Shown: positions 1 through 12,919 of the stretch, piece after piece
Position numbering within the stretch: position 1 is the stretch's first letter
Layout of the letters: each line of letters starts with the position of its first letter
The notes under the pieces: model-generated
The model's input: only the letters and a program-made list of their open reading frames with translations
Databases searched by the model: none
What the model was told of the DNA's origin: nothing
Program-made: the position numbers and the translations under genes
From: Mustelus asterias
Lineage: Eukaryota
Direction: 5' to 3'
Assembly (NCBI RefSeq): GCF_964213995.1
Contig: NC_135801.1
Coordinates: forward strand, 38,626,001-38,690,000
DNA length: 64,000 nt

Positions 1-487
1 GTCATGACAAAGGTAATATTGGATCTTGTCAACATGCATAGGGACTGGAAAAGTCTTGAGAGTTTTGAAAATGAGGATGAGTCTTTTAAAATAAAGGCAT
101 TGTTGGACCGAGAGCTAACGTCAGTAAACCATCAGGTGAGTGACGGATGCATACCCATTTTCTTAGGCTAACTCTTATCCTCCCTGACTAAAGGAGTGTA
201 GATCCAGGATTGGTCTGCTGAGTGGCCTGAGAGAACACGAGCCTGACAGACATCAGCCTCATTTCGAGGGACTGGCGATGATGACGAAAATCATTAAAAT
301 ATCCTGAACATGGAAAAAAAATCAGAAAAGCTAATGGATTGCCGGTCTTTGTATCTAGACGACTGAGATACAAGGGAGAGTAGAGGTCAACAAAGTCACA
401 AACCACATCGAGATTGCTGTAGGCAGTTCTGAGCACCATCCCTTAGGAAAGATGTGTTGGGTGAGATTTTCCAGGCAATATTTTTCT

Positions 488-781
488 CGGTGGCACAGTG
501 GTTAGCACTGCTGCCTCACAGCACCAGGGACCCAGGTTCAATTCCCAGCTTGGGTCACTGTCTGTGTGGAGTCTGCATGTTTTCCCCGTGTCTGCGTTGG
601 ATTTCTCCGGATGCTCCAGCTTCCTCCCACAGTCCAAAAGACATGCTGGTTAGTGCATTGGCCATGCTAAATTCTCCCTCAGTGTACCCGAACAGGCACC
701 GGAGTGTGGTGACTAGGGGATTTTCACGGTAACTTAATTGCAGTGTTAATGTAAGCCTACTTGTGACGCTAATAAATAAAA
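488..781 (+). mobile_element. HE1-like tRNA-derived SINE
   Basis: A box GGTGGCACAGTGG, B box GGTTCAATTCC, conserved core gtctgtgtggagt...ttcctcccacagtccaaa; aataaataaa tail. Confidence 0.88.
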
Positions 782-854
782 CCTTAATTGTCTCAATTTT
801 GATTCTCATAAAACATGACACGTTTACAAGTGATGCATAATATGGAGAGCAGAG

Positions 855-887
855 TTTATTATGAAACAAGATTTGAAGCATTTTATT
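855..887 (-). terminator. Candidate JCHAIN polyadenylation signals
   Basis: AATAAA on the minus strand (plus tttatt) at 882-887 and 855-860, about 100-130 nt after the stop codon. Confidence 0.5.
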
Positions 888-985
888 CTCTGATCGAAGA
901 AGGTAAAAGGCCAGTGTGGCTAACAGGTGAAGCTTAAAAGCCGTAAAGAAACAGGGGCAATTATTTGTATGATCTTTAGAATAAT

Positions 986-1220
986 CTACGGAGCATCTGA
1001 TATTGATGACAAATCTTTTGTTGTTTTAACAGGTGCCAGTGTAGGTTTTAGGTCCACTTGACCATGTACATGGGATAGATGTTGAAGAACAAGCGATCGT
1101 GAACGGTTTTGATAGTCCAGGCACGTTTTGTTGTCGTGGGCGTAACATTCATCCACAGGTGGAGGTTTGGGGTTGCACTGAGGTACTTGTGAAGATGCCT
1201 TTGGGCTGCAATTCTTACAG
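986..1220 (-). CDS. JCHAIN: JCHAIN exon 4 (terminal coding exon)
   Basis: Acceptor tcttgttgcag|; in frame with track ORF 986..1306; CKNC...QC...ECYAHDNKTC; stop TAG at 986-988. Confidence 0.92.
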
Positions 1221-4200
1221 CTGCAACAAGATATATTATCAAAGATATAATTGTCATTGAATACATAGCCCTGATTCCTGAAAGTCATTAGATATTCAGA
1301 AAACAAATTTACATCACATGCAGTTAAATCTCTTTAGAATTAATTTCCTAATTCATTTAGCATGTTCAAAATGACTAGAAACTCTTTTACATGTAACCAA
1401 TACCCATTTGTGGTGAATTCAATAGGATAATATACAATACAGTCAAACTAATGGTACAAGGTAGGAAGTGGGTGATTAATATTTATGTCCTACTGACAGT
1501 CAATCACATTGCTGGCAGGAAGGTGGTTCCAGAGAATCTACCAATATTTTCCCAAGAAGTGGAGTTCTTCAACTAAAAAACAATATAGGTCACCGCTGGG
1601 TAAAGCCTGGCTGAAAATCCTACTCGTAGCACTTTTGACCCTAGTCAAATTCTGAATGACAAAGTTATTGGGTGAGATCTAGTGGCTCCGTTCGCCATGG
1701 GTGCATTATGGCCACTAAATCTTGTGAGAGGGTCAAAACAGGATTTGTGCCAGTGGAGTCTCAGTTTGAGATCTTTCTCTCCCCCCCCCCCCCCCCCCCC
1801 CCCCCCCCACCGTCCCCACCCCCCACCCCCTCCCCATTGGCATGAATCTCATTTTCATTAGTTTGAATAAATTTAAATATACTTAAACAGCTTTCTGTTG
1901 TAGTTCCTGCCCATGCTGGAACCTCCCCCCTTCCCCAGCAGTCTGACGTCACGCCAGTGCAAATTACTACTGATTTTCAAAAGCGTAAATCAGTTGTGCT
2001 GACCACGCCAGGGGTTTAGAGGTGCCTGGAAATCCCGAGGGTTGAGGGTCAAGTCTGGGCATTGCCCCCAGCACCCTGGCAGTGCCATGTGGGCAATGGT
2101 GGGGAGGGTGGGGGGGCTAACCTTCCGCTTTTGGAGGGGGGGGTTCCCTTTTATATGTGGTGGGGGGGTTCCCTTTTATATGTGGTGGGGGGGGAGAGGG
2201 GAGATCCCCAATGACGTGGGGGGGGGGGGGGGAGAGTGCTCCCAGATACTTCTGTGGTTGGGAGGAAGTCGTCCCAAAGCTTGTGGGTGTGGTGCTCTTT
2301 GTCCAGGTGGAGGAGGAGGGCGGGTGAGGTGGGGTGGGGTGGGGTGGGATTTGGGCAAACTTATTTTAAATGCCCTTTACAGTTGACGCTCCAAATCCTT
2401 GGATCTATCAGCCCCCCCATCCCACCAGAGCGACAGGGTAAACCACGCCCCCAGAGTTTCTCTGCACAGAGTGCCATGATGTCTGGTGTGAACACTCAGC
2501 TGTGTTTCTGGAGAGAAGCATGCCTGGTTTCAGTCAAAGTCTGACGCTCCGACAAATTGTGGGAAAATTCCACCCAATGGCCAGAATTCTCCGGCCATTC
2601 ACGCCCCAGCACCGCTACAAGCGAGGACGGAGAATTTGGCGCTCAGCCAAATCTCTGTTTACAGCAGCAGGATTTGAGACACTCACCTGAAGAAGGGGCT
2701 TGGAGCTCCGAAAGCTTGTGTGGCTTTTGCTACCAAATAAACCTGTTGGACTTTAACCTGGCGTTGTTAAACTTCTTACTGCAGCAGGACCAGAGAATCC
2801 CAGCCATTGTGGTTCCCCCTCCCCCCAATCTTTCATTGTTACCCTTCAGTTGATCAATGATTAGCTGAGATAGCCGATAAAAGGGATTGCAATGGGATTG
2901 GGATTGCTACTGGATTGGAAGAGATCACAGAGGGAAAAGTGACGCAGCTGGAAATGACAAATGGAATAACAGAGAAAGGACTATGAGCAATCAGAGAGCA
3001 TAAATAGAGAGAGGGAAAGAATAACAGAGAAAGGGAGAGTAGCCGATACCAAAAGCAAAGAGACACTTATCAACAATAAAAACAACTTATATTTGTACGG
3101 TGGCTTTAAAATACTAAAATGCCCCAAGGTGTGAAGTGGATCAAAGGATATGGGGGGGAAGGCTGGATAAGGCTATTGAGTTGAATGATCAGCCATGATC
3201 ATAATGAATGGTGGAGTGGGCTTGAAGGGCCAAATAGCCTCCTCTTGCTCCAATTTTCAATGTTTATGCTTCACACAAACATTATAAAGCAAAATTTGAC
3301 ACCAGCCATTTAAGGCAAGTAGGGCAGATGGCCAAAAGCTTAACCCATGAGGCGCACCTTAAAGCAGGAAAGATTGGTAGAGGGGAAAGAAGCTTTCAGA
3401 GGGAATTCTGTGGCGGGCGAGGTGGAGTTCCGGCGAATGAGTCAAATGGCCTGCTTCTGCGCTGTAACGTTTATGAATTATGAATCTATATTTGTCAGTA
3501 TCACAGTCTCATAGGGTGTCATTTGTGGCTTTAGTTAGAACCATTAATGTGATGGGTGGAAACCTGTTTGCAGTGATTCAACATGGGCTTTCAGGAAAGA
3601 CGGGAAGGGATTTGAGACATGCTCAGGGACTTTGGGGAGGAAAGAGAGGTTGGAGACAGGGAGGTAGTTTGAATGGCGGAGGAGTAAAGGGGTTGGTTTT
3701 TTTGGTGAGCGTGGTGATGATGGCAATTATCAAGGAGGGAGGCAGAGTACCTGGAAACAGTTAATAATATCAGCTAATACGGAGACCAAGAGACAAATTT
3801 CAGTGAGTGTAGGAACAGGAGATAAATCTAATGGGCAAGATGAGCCTGGAGAGGGCATGAGTGGAGATTGGATAGAAACTTGAGAAAGATGTGAGTTCAA
3901 GTCATTGGTAGGGAGGACCTTTAGAGGATGTTTAGCGTGATGGGCCAGTGGAAGGGAGGGAGGGATGTTTCAAAGACAGCTGATTGGATAGTCTCAATCT
4001 TACTGAAAAAGTCCATGCGATTCTTACACTTATTGGGGATAGGAGGTGATGAGGCCTGGTGCAGTTTATGATTCCTTCATTCCGTGGTAGCCTAGTGCAT
4101 TTGACAATCCAGAGGATGGCTAAGGGTGATCCGATGACCACCAGGCTGATCACTGTGGTGTGCAATGACAGAACAAAGGAACAAAGAACAGTAGTAGGCC

Positions 4201-7200
4201 ATTCAGCCCCTCGAGCCTGCTCCACCATTTAATAAGATCATGGCTGATCTGATAGTGACCTCAAATCTGCACTCCACCTACCCTCAAGAACCTATCACCT
4301 GCTTGTTTACCTCAGCCTTAAAAATATTCAAAGCCTCTGCTTCATCTCTTTTCAGGAAGAGAGTTCCAAAGACTCACGACCCTCAGTGAAAATGTTTAGC
4401 CTCATCTCTTTATTAAATAGGTGACTGCTTACTTTTAAACAGTGCCTCTAGTTCTGGATTCTCTTATAGGAGGAAACATCCACCTTATCAAGACTCCTCA
4501 AGATCTTATATGTTTGAAGTTGCCTCTTATTCTTATAAACTCCAGTGGAGACAAGCCGAGCCTCTCTAACCTTTCCTCAGAGGACAATCCACCCATTCCA
4601 GGAATTAGTCTGGTAAACCTTCCCTGAACTGCTTCCAATGCATTCACATCTTTCCGTAGATGAGGTCACCAATACTGTACACAGTGCTCCAAATGAGGTC
4701 TCACTACTGCCCTGTACAATTTAATGGAAGATGGGAAGATGAAATGAAAGCAATCAAAATTATAAAGTATTTTCTTAGCACAAGAATGAAAGAATTTCCT
4801 TGTCTGGAAGCTGGATTAGTAACTGAGGCAGATGCATTTTGGCTGGGGTAGGTGTAACCAGACATGCAGAAAACATTGAAGAATGGCACAACATAGGAGA
4901 AGCATGGGCTCCAGGGATTTTGCACACTGCACACTACACTTTAGATGGATGTGATGAAAAGGAAGGAAGTTGTCCTGAATCCACAGGATGCCCTCTAGAC
5001 AACTCAGAAAGAAGTGGGAGTAGCCTGGCATGGAGATCAATGCCAGGAATCATGCCCAAGGATCTGGAATCAGCGCTGCAAAAGATTTGATCACTTCACA
5101 TTGATCAAGCCAATGAATGTGTCTTCAAATGACTTATCCTGCCAACTGCACCACTGGCCTCAGACACTGTTCGATTCAGTATACCCCCAATACTAACCTA
5201 TCAATAATCTTTATCACTGCACTCTCACACCTCACATTCATTTTCTCCACTCTGCCCTTATACACTACATTGCTGCAAGCCTCACACACACACCTCACAG
5301 TCATTCAACCATGGCAGAAACATCAACCAAACACACTGCACCACACTCACTGACACACTTTTCTCTCTCTCTCTCGCAAGACAAGATGGCACAGAGCTGG
5401 AGGCATCAGGAGCTAACTGGGTGGAAACAAACCCTTACTCCCATGGAGGAGATAGTACAGGCTGGTTCATTGCTGAGGCTGTGGCCAACGACGGAATGGA
5501 AACCATTGAAGATGAGAGTATCCTCAGAGCTAATCCTCCTTCCCAGATCCCACCAACTCCTCATCCCACAATCTCCTCGGGTTTACAAGTTGCAGATGGT
5601 GGAAGAATGTATCTCTTGCTTTCCTCACACCATAACCTTAACTTTCTGCCTTTCTATCAATCTCAAAAAGTGCAACCTAATCAGACAGTGGAGGAACCGC
5701 GAGAAGACAAGATGCTGAAAGCACATTGTCACTCAACTGCATACTTGCAGCCACCAGCTCACATTCTACTGTGTGCATAAGTTAAAGCATAGCACAGAGG
5801 CAGAAGGATGTCATGTGGTGCAGTGGGTAGTATCCCAGCCTCTGAGACAGAAGCTCTGGGTTCAAATCCTCCTCTGGGTCTCGATGGCCACATTATGAAT
5901 GTACCTTCTGTGGCCAATCAGATTGATTATCAACCTGCAAACCTTTCCAAAGTTACTAAAGCAGACAATAAGAGGGGGAGTGTCTCCTGTTCAGCATTGC
6001 TTACTACAGACTTGCAAGCTGTAGCTTCTGATGACAGGTTAGAAATCTGTTCCAGCAGAAACTAACTGCAGAAACAAACATAAGTTGGCACTTCATCTGT
6101 CTGGTGTGCCTCTGGGCTGGGAAAGGATTCAAGAACAGCATAGATAGAGGCAGATGAGACACCAGAGCTTTGTACAGAACCTGGAGGTACGGTAGCGCAG
6201 TGGTTAGCACTGCTGCTTCACAGCTCCAGGGTCCCGGGTTCGATTCCCGGCTCGGGTCACTGTCTGTGTGGAGTTTGCACATTCTCCTCGTGTCTGCGTG
6301 GGTTTCCTCCGGGTGCTCCGGTTTCCTCCCACAGTCCAAAGATGTGCGGGTTAGGTTGATTGACCAGGTTAAAAATTGCCCCTTAGAATCCTAAAATGCG
6401 TAGGTTAGAGGGATTAGCAGGTAAATATGTGGGGGTAGGGCCTGGGTGGGATTGTGGTCGGTGCAGACTCGATGGGCCGAATGGCCTCCTTCTACACTGT
6501 AGGGTTTCTATGATTCTATGATTCCATACTTCTGGACCCAACTGTGATACAGTGTCTGATGGCCTGTGGGCAGGATCTTGAGCCCACATTCGCTGTCCTC
6601 AAATGTATGCTACATATAACACCTCAAAAGCAGCTATAAACCAGGAAATGAAAGGAGGGAGGAACTTAAGAAAATTACAGTCGCCAGAGAAGTGGTACTG
6701 AGTAAATTGTTGGAGATTTGGGAAGGTCCCATTAGATTGGAAGATAGCAAATGTAATTCCATTATTCAGAAGGGAGAGAGACAGAAAACAGGAAATTACA
6801 ATCTAAAATCTGTCATAGGGAAAATGTTAGAAGCCGTTATTAAAGATATTATAGCAGGACACTTGGAAAAATTCAAGCACTCAGGCAGAGTCAACATGGT
6901 TTTGTGAAAGGGAAATCATTCTTAACTAATTTATTGGAACTCTTTGACAAAGTAACATGTGGGCCGGAATTCTCTGGCCGTTCATGCCGGTGGGATTCTC
7001 CTGTTCCGCCAGTAGTGCATCCCCACCCGTGGGTTTCCCGCCAGAATGGGATGATGTAAATGGGAATTCCCATTGACAGCGGTGGGACCAGAGAATCCCA
7101 TTGCTAGCAAACAAAGTGCCACCTCCTACCGGTGAATCTTGCCCGTGCCGTGGATAAAGGGGAACCAGTGGATGCACTGTGATTAGGTTTCCAGAAGGCA

Positions 7201-10200
7201 TTTGATAAAGTGCCACATCAAAGATTACTGCAGAAAATAAAAGCTCATATTATAGGGGGTAACATATCGACATAGATAGAAAATTGGCTAGCTAACAGGA
7301 AGCAAAGAACAGGCATAGATGGGTCTTTTTCTGGTTGGCAGGATGTGACAAGTGGTGATCTTCAATTAAAACTATCATACTGTTGCTTCTGAATAATCTG
7401 ATCCATTTGAAAGAGGCAACATTTTTACAAGGAACTAATACTGGATAACTGAACTGCTGGTTTATACACCACACACAGAATACATTGCAATCATCATTCC
7501 AATTCAGATTTTACAATTATACATTGCAAAAGTCATAAAAATAATAGTGATCATACAAATCTGAAATCCTGTAGACAAACTTGGTCCGAATCGGGGAGGT
7601 TGGATCTGAAATGTTCTCTCTGGTTCTCAGGGGAACTCTGCAATGAAAGAGCAATTAATAGTCATCCCGAGATTATCAGAGACCCTCAATATATGCTTCT
7701 AGATCATTTTGTGTGTGGAAAGTTTCATTGTGGATGGAATTTTATCATGCTGTTAAATAAAATCAAGCATTTAAAGTTCTTTATGATAAAGCTGAATAGC
7801 AATGCTGAAACTGAGGACAAGCTGGATAATCCATAGAATAAAAGGTTGGTTATATTGCTCCTTTTAAGTAACCTTAAACTTCACAATTAGGCAATGTGTG
7901 TAACATGACTCAAACTGAACCTACGTCCACTTGAGTTTTTCTTTCTGACGTGATCGTGAAAGGTAGTTTCACATCAACTGAAGAACTCATTGCGTAATTG
8001 AAACCGATTGAGTAATTCAATGACTTATTGGAAGAAATATTGTAAAGCTGTACTATGAATAGAATACTGGGGGAAAGAACTCTTGAATTAATTAAGAATT
8101 GATTCTGTGCACAATGGGGTAGGGCTTTTTGGAATGGATAAAACTGAGATGTGATGAAAGGTCTTCCTCATCTTGTGATCAATTGGTATGAGCTTGTTTT
8201 CCATGGTCTGATTTTCCTTCCAGTCGCTACATCTCCCATTAACTGCTCATGTAGCTCCATGCCCAACAACCTGGACAGGTTCATCCAGTGAAGGGGAGTT
8301 CAACCAACTGCAGTAATCTAGTTGGTGGTGCTACTGTTTTCCATTTTTCTTCATAGGATCATAGAACCTCTACAGTGCAGAAACAGGCCATTCAGCCCAT
8401 CGAATCTGCACAAACTCTCCAAAAAAGCATCTTACCCAGGCCTATCCTTGCCCTATCCCGTAATCCCGCACATTTACCATGGCTAATCCAACTAACCTAC
8501 ACATCTTTGGACACTCAGGGGAAATGTAGCATGACCAATCCACCTAACCTGCACATTTTTGGACTGTGGGAGGGAACCAGAGCACCCAAAGGAAACCCAT
8601 GCAGACGCAGGGAGAATGTGCAAACAGACAAGTCAGTCACCCAAGGCTGGAATCGAACCCGGGTCGCTGGCTTTTTGGTTCATTGCAGCAACAGTTTGTC
8701 ATTTCTTTAGGAGAAATCCTACAAGAATAATTAGCATCAAAATTGTGCACATTGCTTTTCCTACCACTGAAACCTTTTAAACTGGTAATAGAATTCCTCA
8801 GAATTCTGATAGTTTTATATGTAGAAATGGAGGAGTGTATTTGACAGATTCTCCAGCCTCCGTGCTCTTCATGGGAATGAAATTGTTTTGTTGGACAGTG
8901 GTGGTGGGATGGTTGTGTCCAAATCCCTATGTTTCTGACAGGAGAGCTATGTTATACCTGGCTTTCAGTCTGAAAGATGACATTTCCACATGATGCCTTT
9001 TCCACATATTTTCTTGTGTTCACAGTGCAAAACTGTCTCTAATCAGTTTCTAGTAATCTGCCTCTCCATTTAATTTAATTTTACTGTACGGTGAATATGA
9101 TCAGAAATCAACTTACATAATTTTTATATCTCTTGCAACATGTTCCACTCTTGCACCGGTCGGGTATTCAGTTACAACCATTCGGGATTTCACTTCTAAC
9201 AGCTTACATTTTGATGAAACTAGAAGGTGGCTGTTGGGGTCAACTGTAAAGATAGACATAGTTACCAGCTCTCTAAATCTGATGCAGTATCATGAAAAAG
9301 AGGAACTAATACTTCCTGTATTGAAGCCCAGATGTAATTTCAGTCAGTGGTATGAGTAATGGTCTGGTATGAATGTTGAGCTCTTGCTTATCAAATGCAC
9401 ACACTGAACCTCTTGTTGTCAAAGTGAATGGCAAAGGACCAGTGCTATTTAACAGGAGTACATTGACGGACTGGGAATCACATCGTCAGGTCACAAACTA
9501 AAGAAAAAGCTGCTGACCAGTATTCTAAGTGGCGATAAGAGCCACTCCTGAATGTCGAGGGTTTGACAGCATCTGTTAATAGGAACTTTGCTTTCACAGA
9601 CATTGCTGTGGTTTCAGAGCATCATTATCGTATGTCTGGAAAAAAAGTAACATACCAAGGGAGATTCTAGATTGTAGAGTGAAATTATAAACTTGTAACT
9701 AACCGATTAATTATTCAATTTATTGTATCCTTCACAACAGTGGAAACTGCAGCGATATTAATCAGAAGGAGGCTAACAGCTTAATAGGAATTCAGTTAGA
9801 TTACTGTACGGTATTGGGCTCTACATTATAGGAAGCATTCTGAGGCTTCAGAATGAAGAAAGAGTAAATTAATTGCCTGGAATGAGGAAATACAAATGTC
9901 ATCCAGAAAATGCTTTGATTTGTCTTCCTCGGATTTAAAGTGGGTGTTATCATGCTTCCCCACATTGGGCTGCATTAGTTTTTCTCTATCATTTAATCCA
10001 TCAACGTCTCATTCAGACTTCCTGCTTCCATCTCCGTAACTTATGGTGTTTTCTAACATTGCGTCATCGGTAAACCTGTTTCGTAACTTCTATTTCTTCA
10101 TCTAAGTCATTGATTACATGTGGAAAAAAACCTATGATCCAGTTCAGATCCTTGGGCAACACCATTTCTTACATCCTGCCAGTCAATTATTTTATCACTA

Positions 10201-12896
10201 TTATATGCATGCAACCTCCCATACTATGACTTTACCTTTGATATAGGGCAACATTTAATGCCTGCCCCAGTGTTGGGTTTGGTGATGTGTGGGGTGTGTA
10301 ATCAGGCAGGAGGATGGTAGAGGGAGACTACACTACCTTCCTACTTCCATCCTGATTAAATCCATAGTGGCAAGTCCCATGGACGACCTAGCTGTCAATG
10401 GAGGTCTTTAAGTCTATTAATGCTGACTTACAGGCCGCATCCCACCACCACTGGTATTCATACTGTGGTGGGTGGGGGGCTCACCATATGGAGAGCATGA
10501 AAAACCAACCTGCGTGGAGTTTCCTCCCAACTCCAAGAGGGGTCCCTTGTTCAAAGGCACTCAGTGCCTGGTCGAGGGACTTGGTAATGGGAAGCTATTC
10601 CTCAGTGAGCACAGCAATTAAAAAACAATGTAAAATTTTTCTTAACAAAAAAGAACAACACGACTTGCATCTATTTTCATAAAACAACGCATACTTTCTT
10701 ATTAAAGCAAAATACTGTGCAGATGCTGGGAATCTGAAATAAAAACTGAAAGTGCTGGAAATACTCAGCAGGTCTGGCAACATCTGTGGAGAGAGAAAGA
10801 GTGTTAATGTTTCGAGTCGAGCGTTACTCTTTCTTATACTTTCTTATCTTTTGGACTTATTGAAATGCATGTTTTTCAAGTTGAGAAGCAGAATTTAGCT
10901 TTCTTTTAAATAGTTTTGTATGTGGTTTGACAATTTTATATTTTAGTTTTGTACAATTTGCTAAAAGGTTTGTTTTTTATATTCCTGTACTTTGAAACTC
11001 TTTTTTCATTATTTTGCTATCATTTCTTAACTTTTGATAAGCTTTGACGTTTTGTTGAAAGCCTTTATTTCTTTAAAAATTGTCTTGAGTTAGCCATGTT
11101 TGTATTAATCTTTCATTTTATTGTAATAATTTTAATTGTGCCAAGTTACAGATCTTGAATTTGAATAGCCTAATAGTTTTCTATTTTATGACTAAATAGT
11201 TTTCTATTTTATGACTAAAATGTTTCATTGAGCATCTGTGTCCAGAATGAGCACTTGGCTCACAACTGACACTGTTTACTTAGTATTAAAACCCTTGTCC
11301 GGATTGTAAAAAAAATTATATTTCAATTATGCTGCCGCATTAATAAAAATGTATAACCATAAAAAGAGAGGCTGAGTAGCCTATATAGCCCCTCAAGACT
11401 GCTCTGCCGCTTAACATGATAAAACTGAGCTTTTGCCTTACTCAGCACAATATCACTAGAATTCCCGAGAGTTCAAAAATCCATTTATCCCAGCCTTGAA
11501 CATAAACAATAATGAAGCATTTACAGCCGTTTAGAGTAGAGAATTCCTAAGATTCACAAACCTCTGTGTGAAAACATTTCTCCTCGTCTCAGACCTCAAT
11601 GATTGACTCATTTTCCTGGGATGTGCCCCTGTTCTATATTACCCATGATGTGGAGATGCCGGCGTTGGACTGGGGTAAACACAGTAAGAAGTTTAACAAC
11701 ACCAGGTTAAAGTCCAACAGGTTTATTTGGTAGCAAAAGCCACACAAGCTTTCGGAGCTCCAAGCCCCTTCTTCAGGTGAGTGGGAATTCCCACTGACCT
11801 GAAGAAGGGACTTGGAGCTCCGAAAGCTTGTGTGGCTTTTGCTACCAAATAAACCTGTTGGACTTTAACCTGGTGTTGTTAAACGTCTTACTATATTACC
11901 CAGCCAAGGGAAACAACCTCTCAATCAAGCTTCCTCAGAAACCTGTATGCTTCAACACGATCCCTTCTCATTCTTCTAAACCCAAGAGAAAATAGGCTCA
12001 GTTTACTCAGTCTCTCATCATTAGAAAGCCTCTCATCCCAGGAGCCAATCCAGTGAACCTTCACTGTACTGCCTCCAAGTATATCCTTCCTGAGATAAGG
12101 AGACCAAAAAATGTGCACAGTACCCCAGGTGATCTCATCAAAGTCCTATACAATTGTAGCAAGAGTTCATTATTCTTGTACTTCAATCACCTTTCAATAA
12201 AGGCCAACGTACCATTTGTTTTCCTAATTGCTTGTTGCACCCACATGCTGACTTTTGTTTCTCATGTACAGGTATCATTTTTTAAAACATGCCTTTTGGT
12301 GTGACTTATAAGATTGTCGAAAGGGACTGGTACTGTCACTTTCTGCAGAACATGACATTGAGCCAAAGCATTATCTGCCCTCACGAGCAGACATAAAGAT
12401 TCTCATGAAAATGATCAAATGCGAGCAGGGGAGTTCTTCCAGTGTTCCGATTACCTTTTTTCTCTCAACCAACATCATTAAAACAGCTCAGCTCATTAAA
12501 AGAACAGTCCTTGAACAAGTGGTCCATTTTGCATTTTGCTTAATCTGTAGCAAACTTGCTGTAAGAAACTAAAAATGTTTTGACATGCTTGTTCAGATGT
12601 GGCAGGATGGACTGACGGATAAGTTAACAACTATCAGAAATGAACATTGAAAATTCAATCTATGGCAACGAGCTTCAGTGCTTATACCACTATCCTCACT
12701 TCAGTTCACCAATGCTGTATCTAATTATCATGGACAATACACTAGTCTTCCTATATCTCTGGGCTAACAAAATAGGAAGTATTTACTCATCATATGCCAT
12801 AATGCAAAACATAATAATTAAAACATTACCTGCTACAAGAGCTGTGAAAAGGAGAACTGTTGCTAGTGGACCTAGCATATGTTTAATCTTCATCAT
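986..12896 (-). CDS. JCHAIN: Immunoglobulin J chain; spliced CDS complement(join(986..1220,7557..7637,9117..9243,12830..12896)), 169 aa
   Basis: Four exons with GT-AG boundaries join in frame (67+127+81+235=510 nt): MMKIKHMLGPLATVLLFTALVA-VDPNSHLLVSSKCKLLEVKSRMVVTEYPTGARVEHVARDIKI-IVPLRTRENISDPTSPIRTKFVYRISD-FCKNCSPKASSQVPQCNPKPPPVDECYAHDNKTCLDYQNRSRS...SDAP*. Matches J chain motifs (IVPL..RENISDPTSP.RT.FVY, CKxC, CY..D...C). Confidence 0.96.
1670..2810. mobile_element. Harbinger-derived non-autonomous elements/MITEs with poly-C and poly-G tracts
   Basis: GGG...-type termini (gggtgagatct / gaaaattccaccc; ggccagaattctc / gagaatcccagcc); related short copies near 22466-22589, 31644-31779 and 50240-50420. 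Confidence 0.55.
2678..2780 (+). mobile_element. Penelope-like terminal fragment with hammerhead core (2687-2713), nested in a MITE
   Basis: Same sequence family as 11646-11892. Confidence 0.75.
4850..5780 (+). mobile_element. Decayed Harbinger Myb/SANT gene remnant in JCHAIN intron 3
   Basis: RIWNQRCKRFDH about 5060-5095 resembles the R.W.QCRKRF.DL motif; downstream acceptor followed by DKMAQ...TG. Confidence 0.5.
6186..6524 (+). mobile_element. HE1 SINE
   Basis: A/B boxes, core, CR1-derived (ATTCTATG)n tail. Confidence 0.92.
6620..7360 (+). mobile_element. CR1 RT fragment with nested MITE (about 6960-7144)
   Basis: SVIGKMLE, QHGF.KGKS.LTNL; MITE termini gggccggaattctc / gaatcttgccc. Confidence 0.75.
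7557..7637 (-). CDS. JCHAIN: JCHAIN exon 3 (81 nt; conserved N-glycosylation block)
   Basis: Acceptor ttcattgcag|, donor TT|gtatga; encodes VPLRTRENISDPTSPIRTKFVYRISD. Confidence 0.97.
8357..8690 (-). mobile_element. HE1 SINE
   Basis: Reverse-complement core and tail. Confidence 0.82.
9117..9243 (-). CDS. JCHAIN: JCHAIN exon 2
   Basis: Acceptor ctttacag|, donor AT|gtaagt; encodes LLVSSKCKLLEVKSR...ARDIKII, aligning to mammalian VLVDNKCKCARITSR...ERNIRII. Confidence 0.93.
11646..11892. mobile_element. Penelope-like palindromic insertion with two hammerhead cores (JCHAIN intron 1)
   Basis: Arms of about 105 bp inverted around GGGAATTCCC near 11787; CTGAAGA-stem-GAAA on both strands. Confidence 0.8.
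11736..11790 (-). ncRNA. Minimal type I hammerhead ribozyme motif (sense to JCHAIN pre-mRNA)
   Basis: CCCACUCAC-CUGAAGA-A-GGGGCU UGG AGCUCC-GAAA-GCUU-GUGUGG: helix I CAC/GUG, helix II, and palindromic AGCU in place of helix III. Confidence 0.65.
12830..12896 (-). CDS. JCHAIN: JCHAIN coding exon 1 (signal peptide)
   Basis: ATG at 12896; hydrophobic MMKIKHMLGPLATVLLFTALVA; phase-1 donor G|gtaatg. Confidence 0.9.
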
Positions 12897-12919
12897 GTCT
12901 ACTTCAGCGATCTTCCTTT

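Noticed and set aside
454-732. Recurrent ORFs such as MDCGRKPEHPEETHADT / WLALLPHS
   Set aside because: Chance frames of HE1 SINE copies.
1048-1266. 72-aa hydrophobic-start ORF (MYSMTIISLII...)
   Set aside because: Alternative frame overlapping JCHAIN exon 4.
6186-6260. tRNA-like A/B boxes
   Set aside because: SINE heads continuing into SINE bodies, not tRNA genes.
9595-9640. Acceptor-like site on the minus strand followed by TYDNDALKPQQCL*
   Set aside because: It is phase 0; joined to the phase-1 JCHAIN exon 1 it stops almost immediately, and JCHAIN assembles fully without it.
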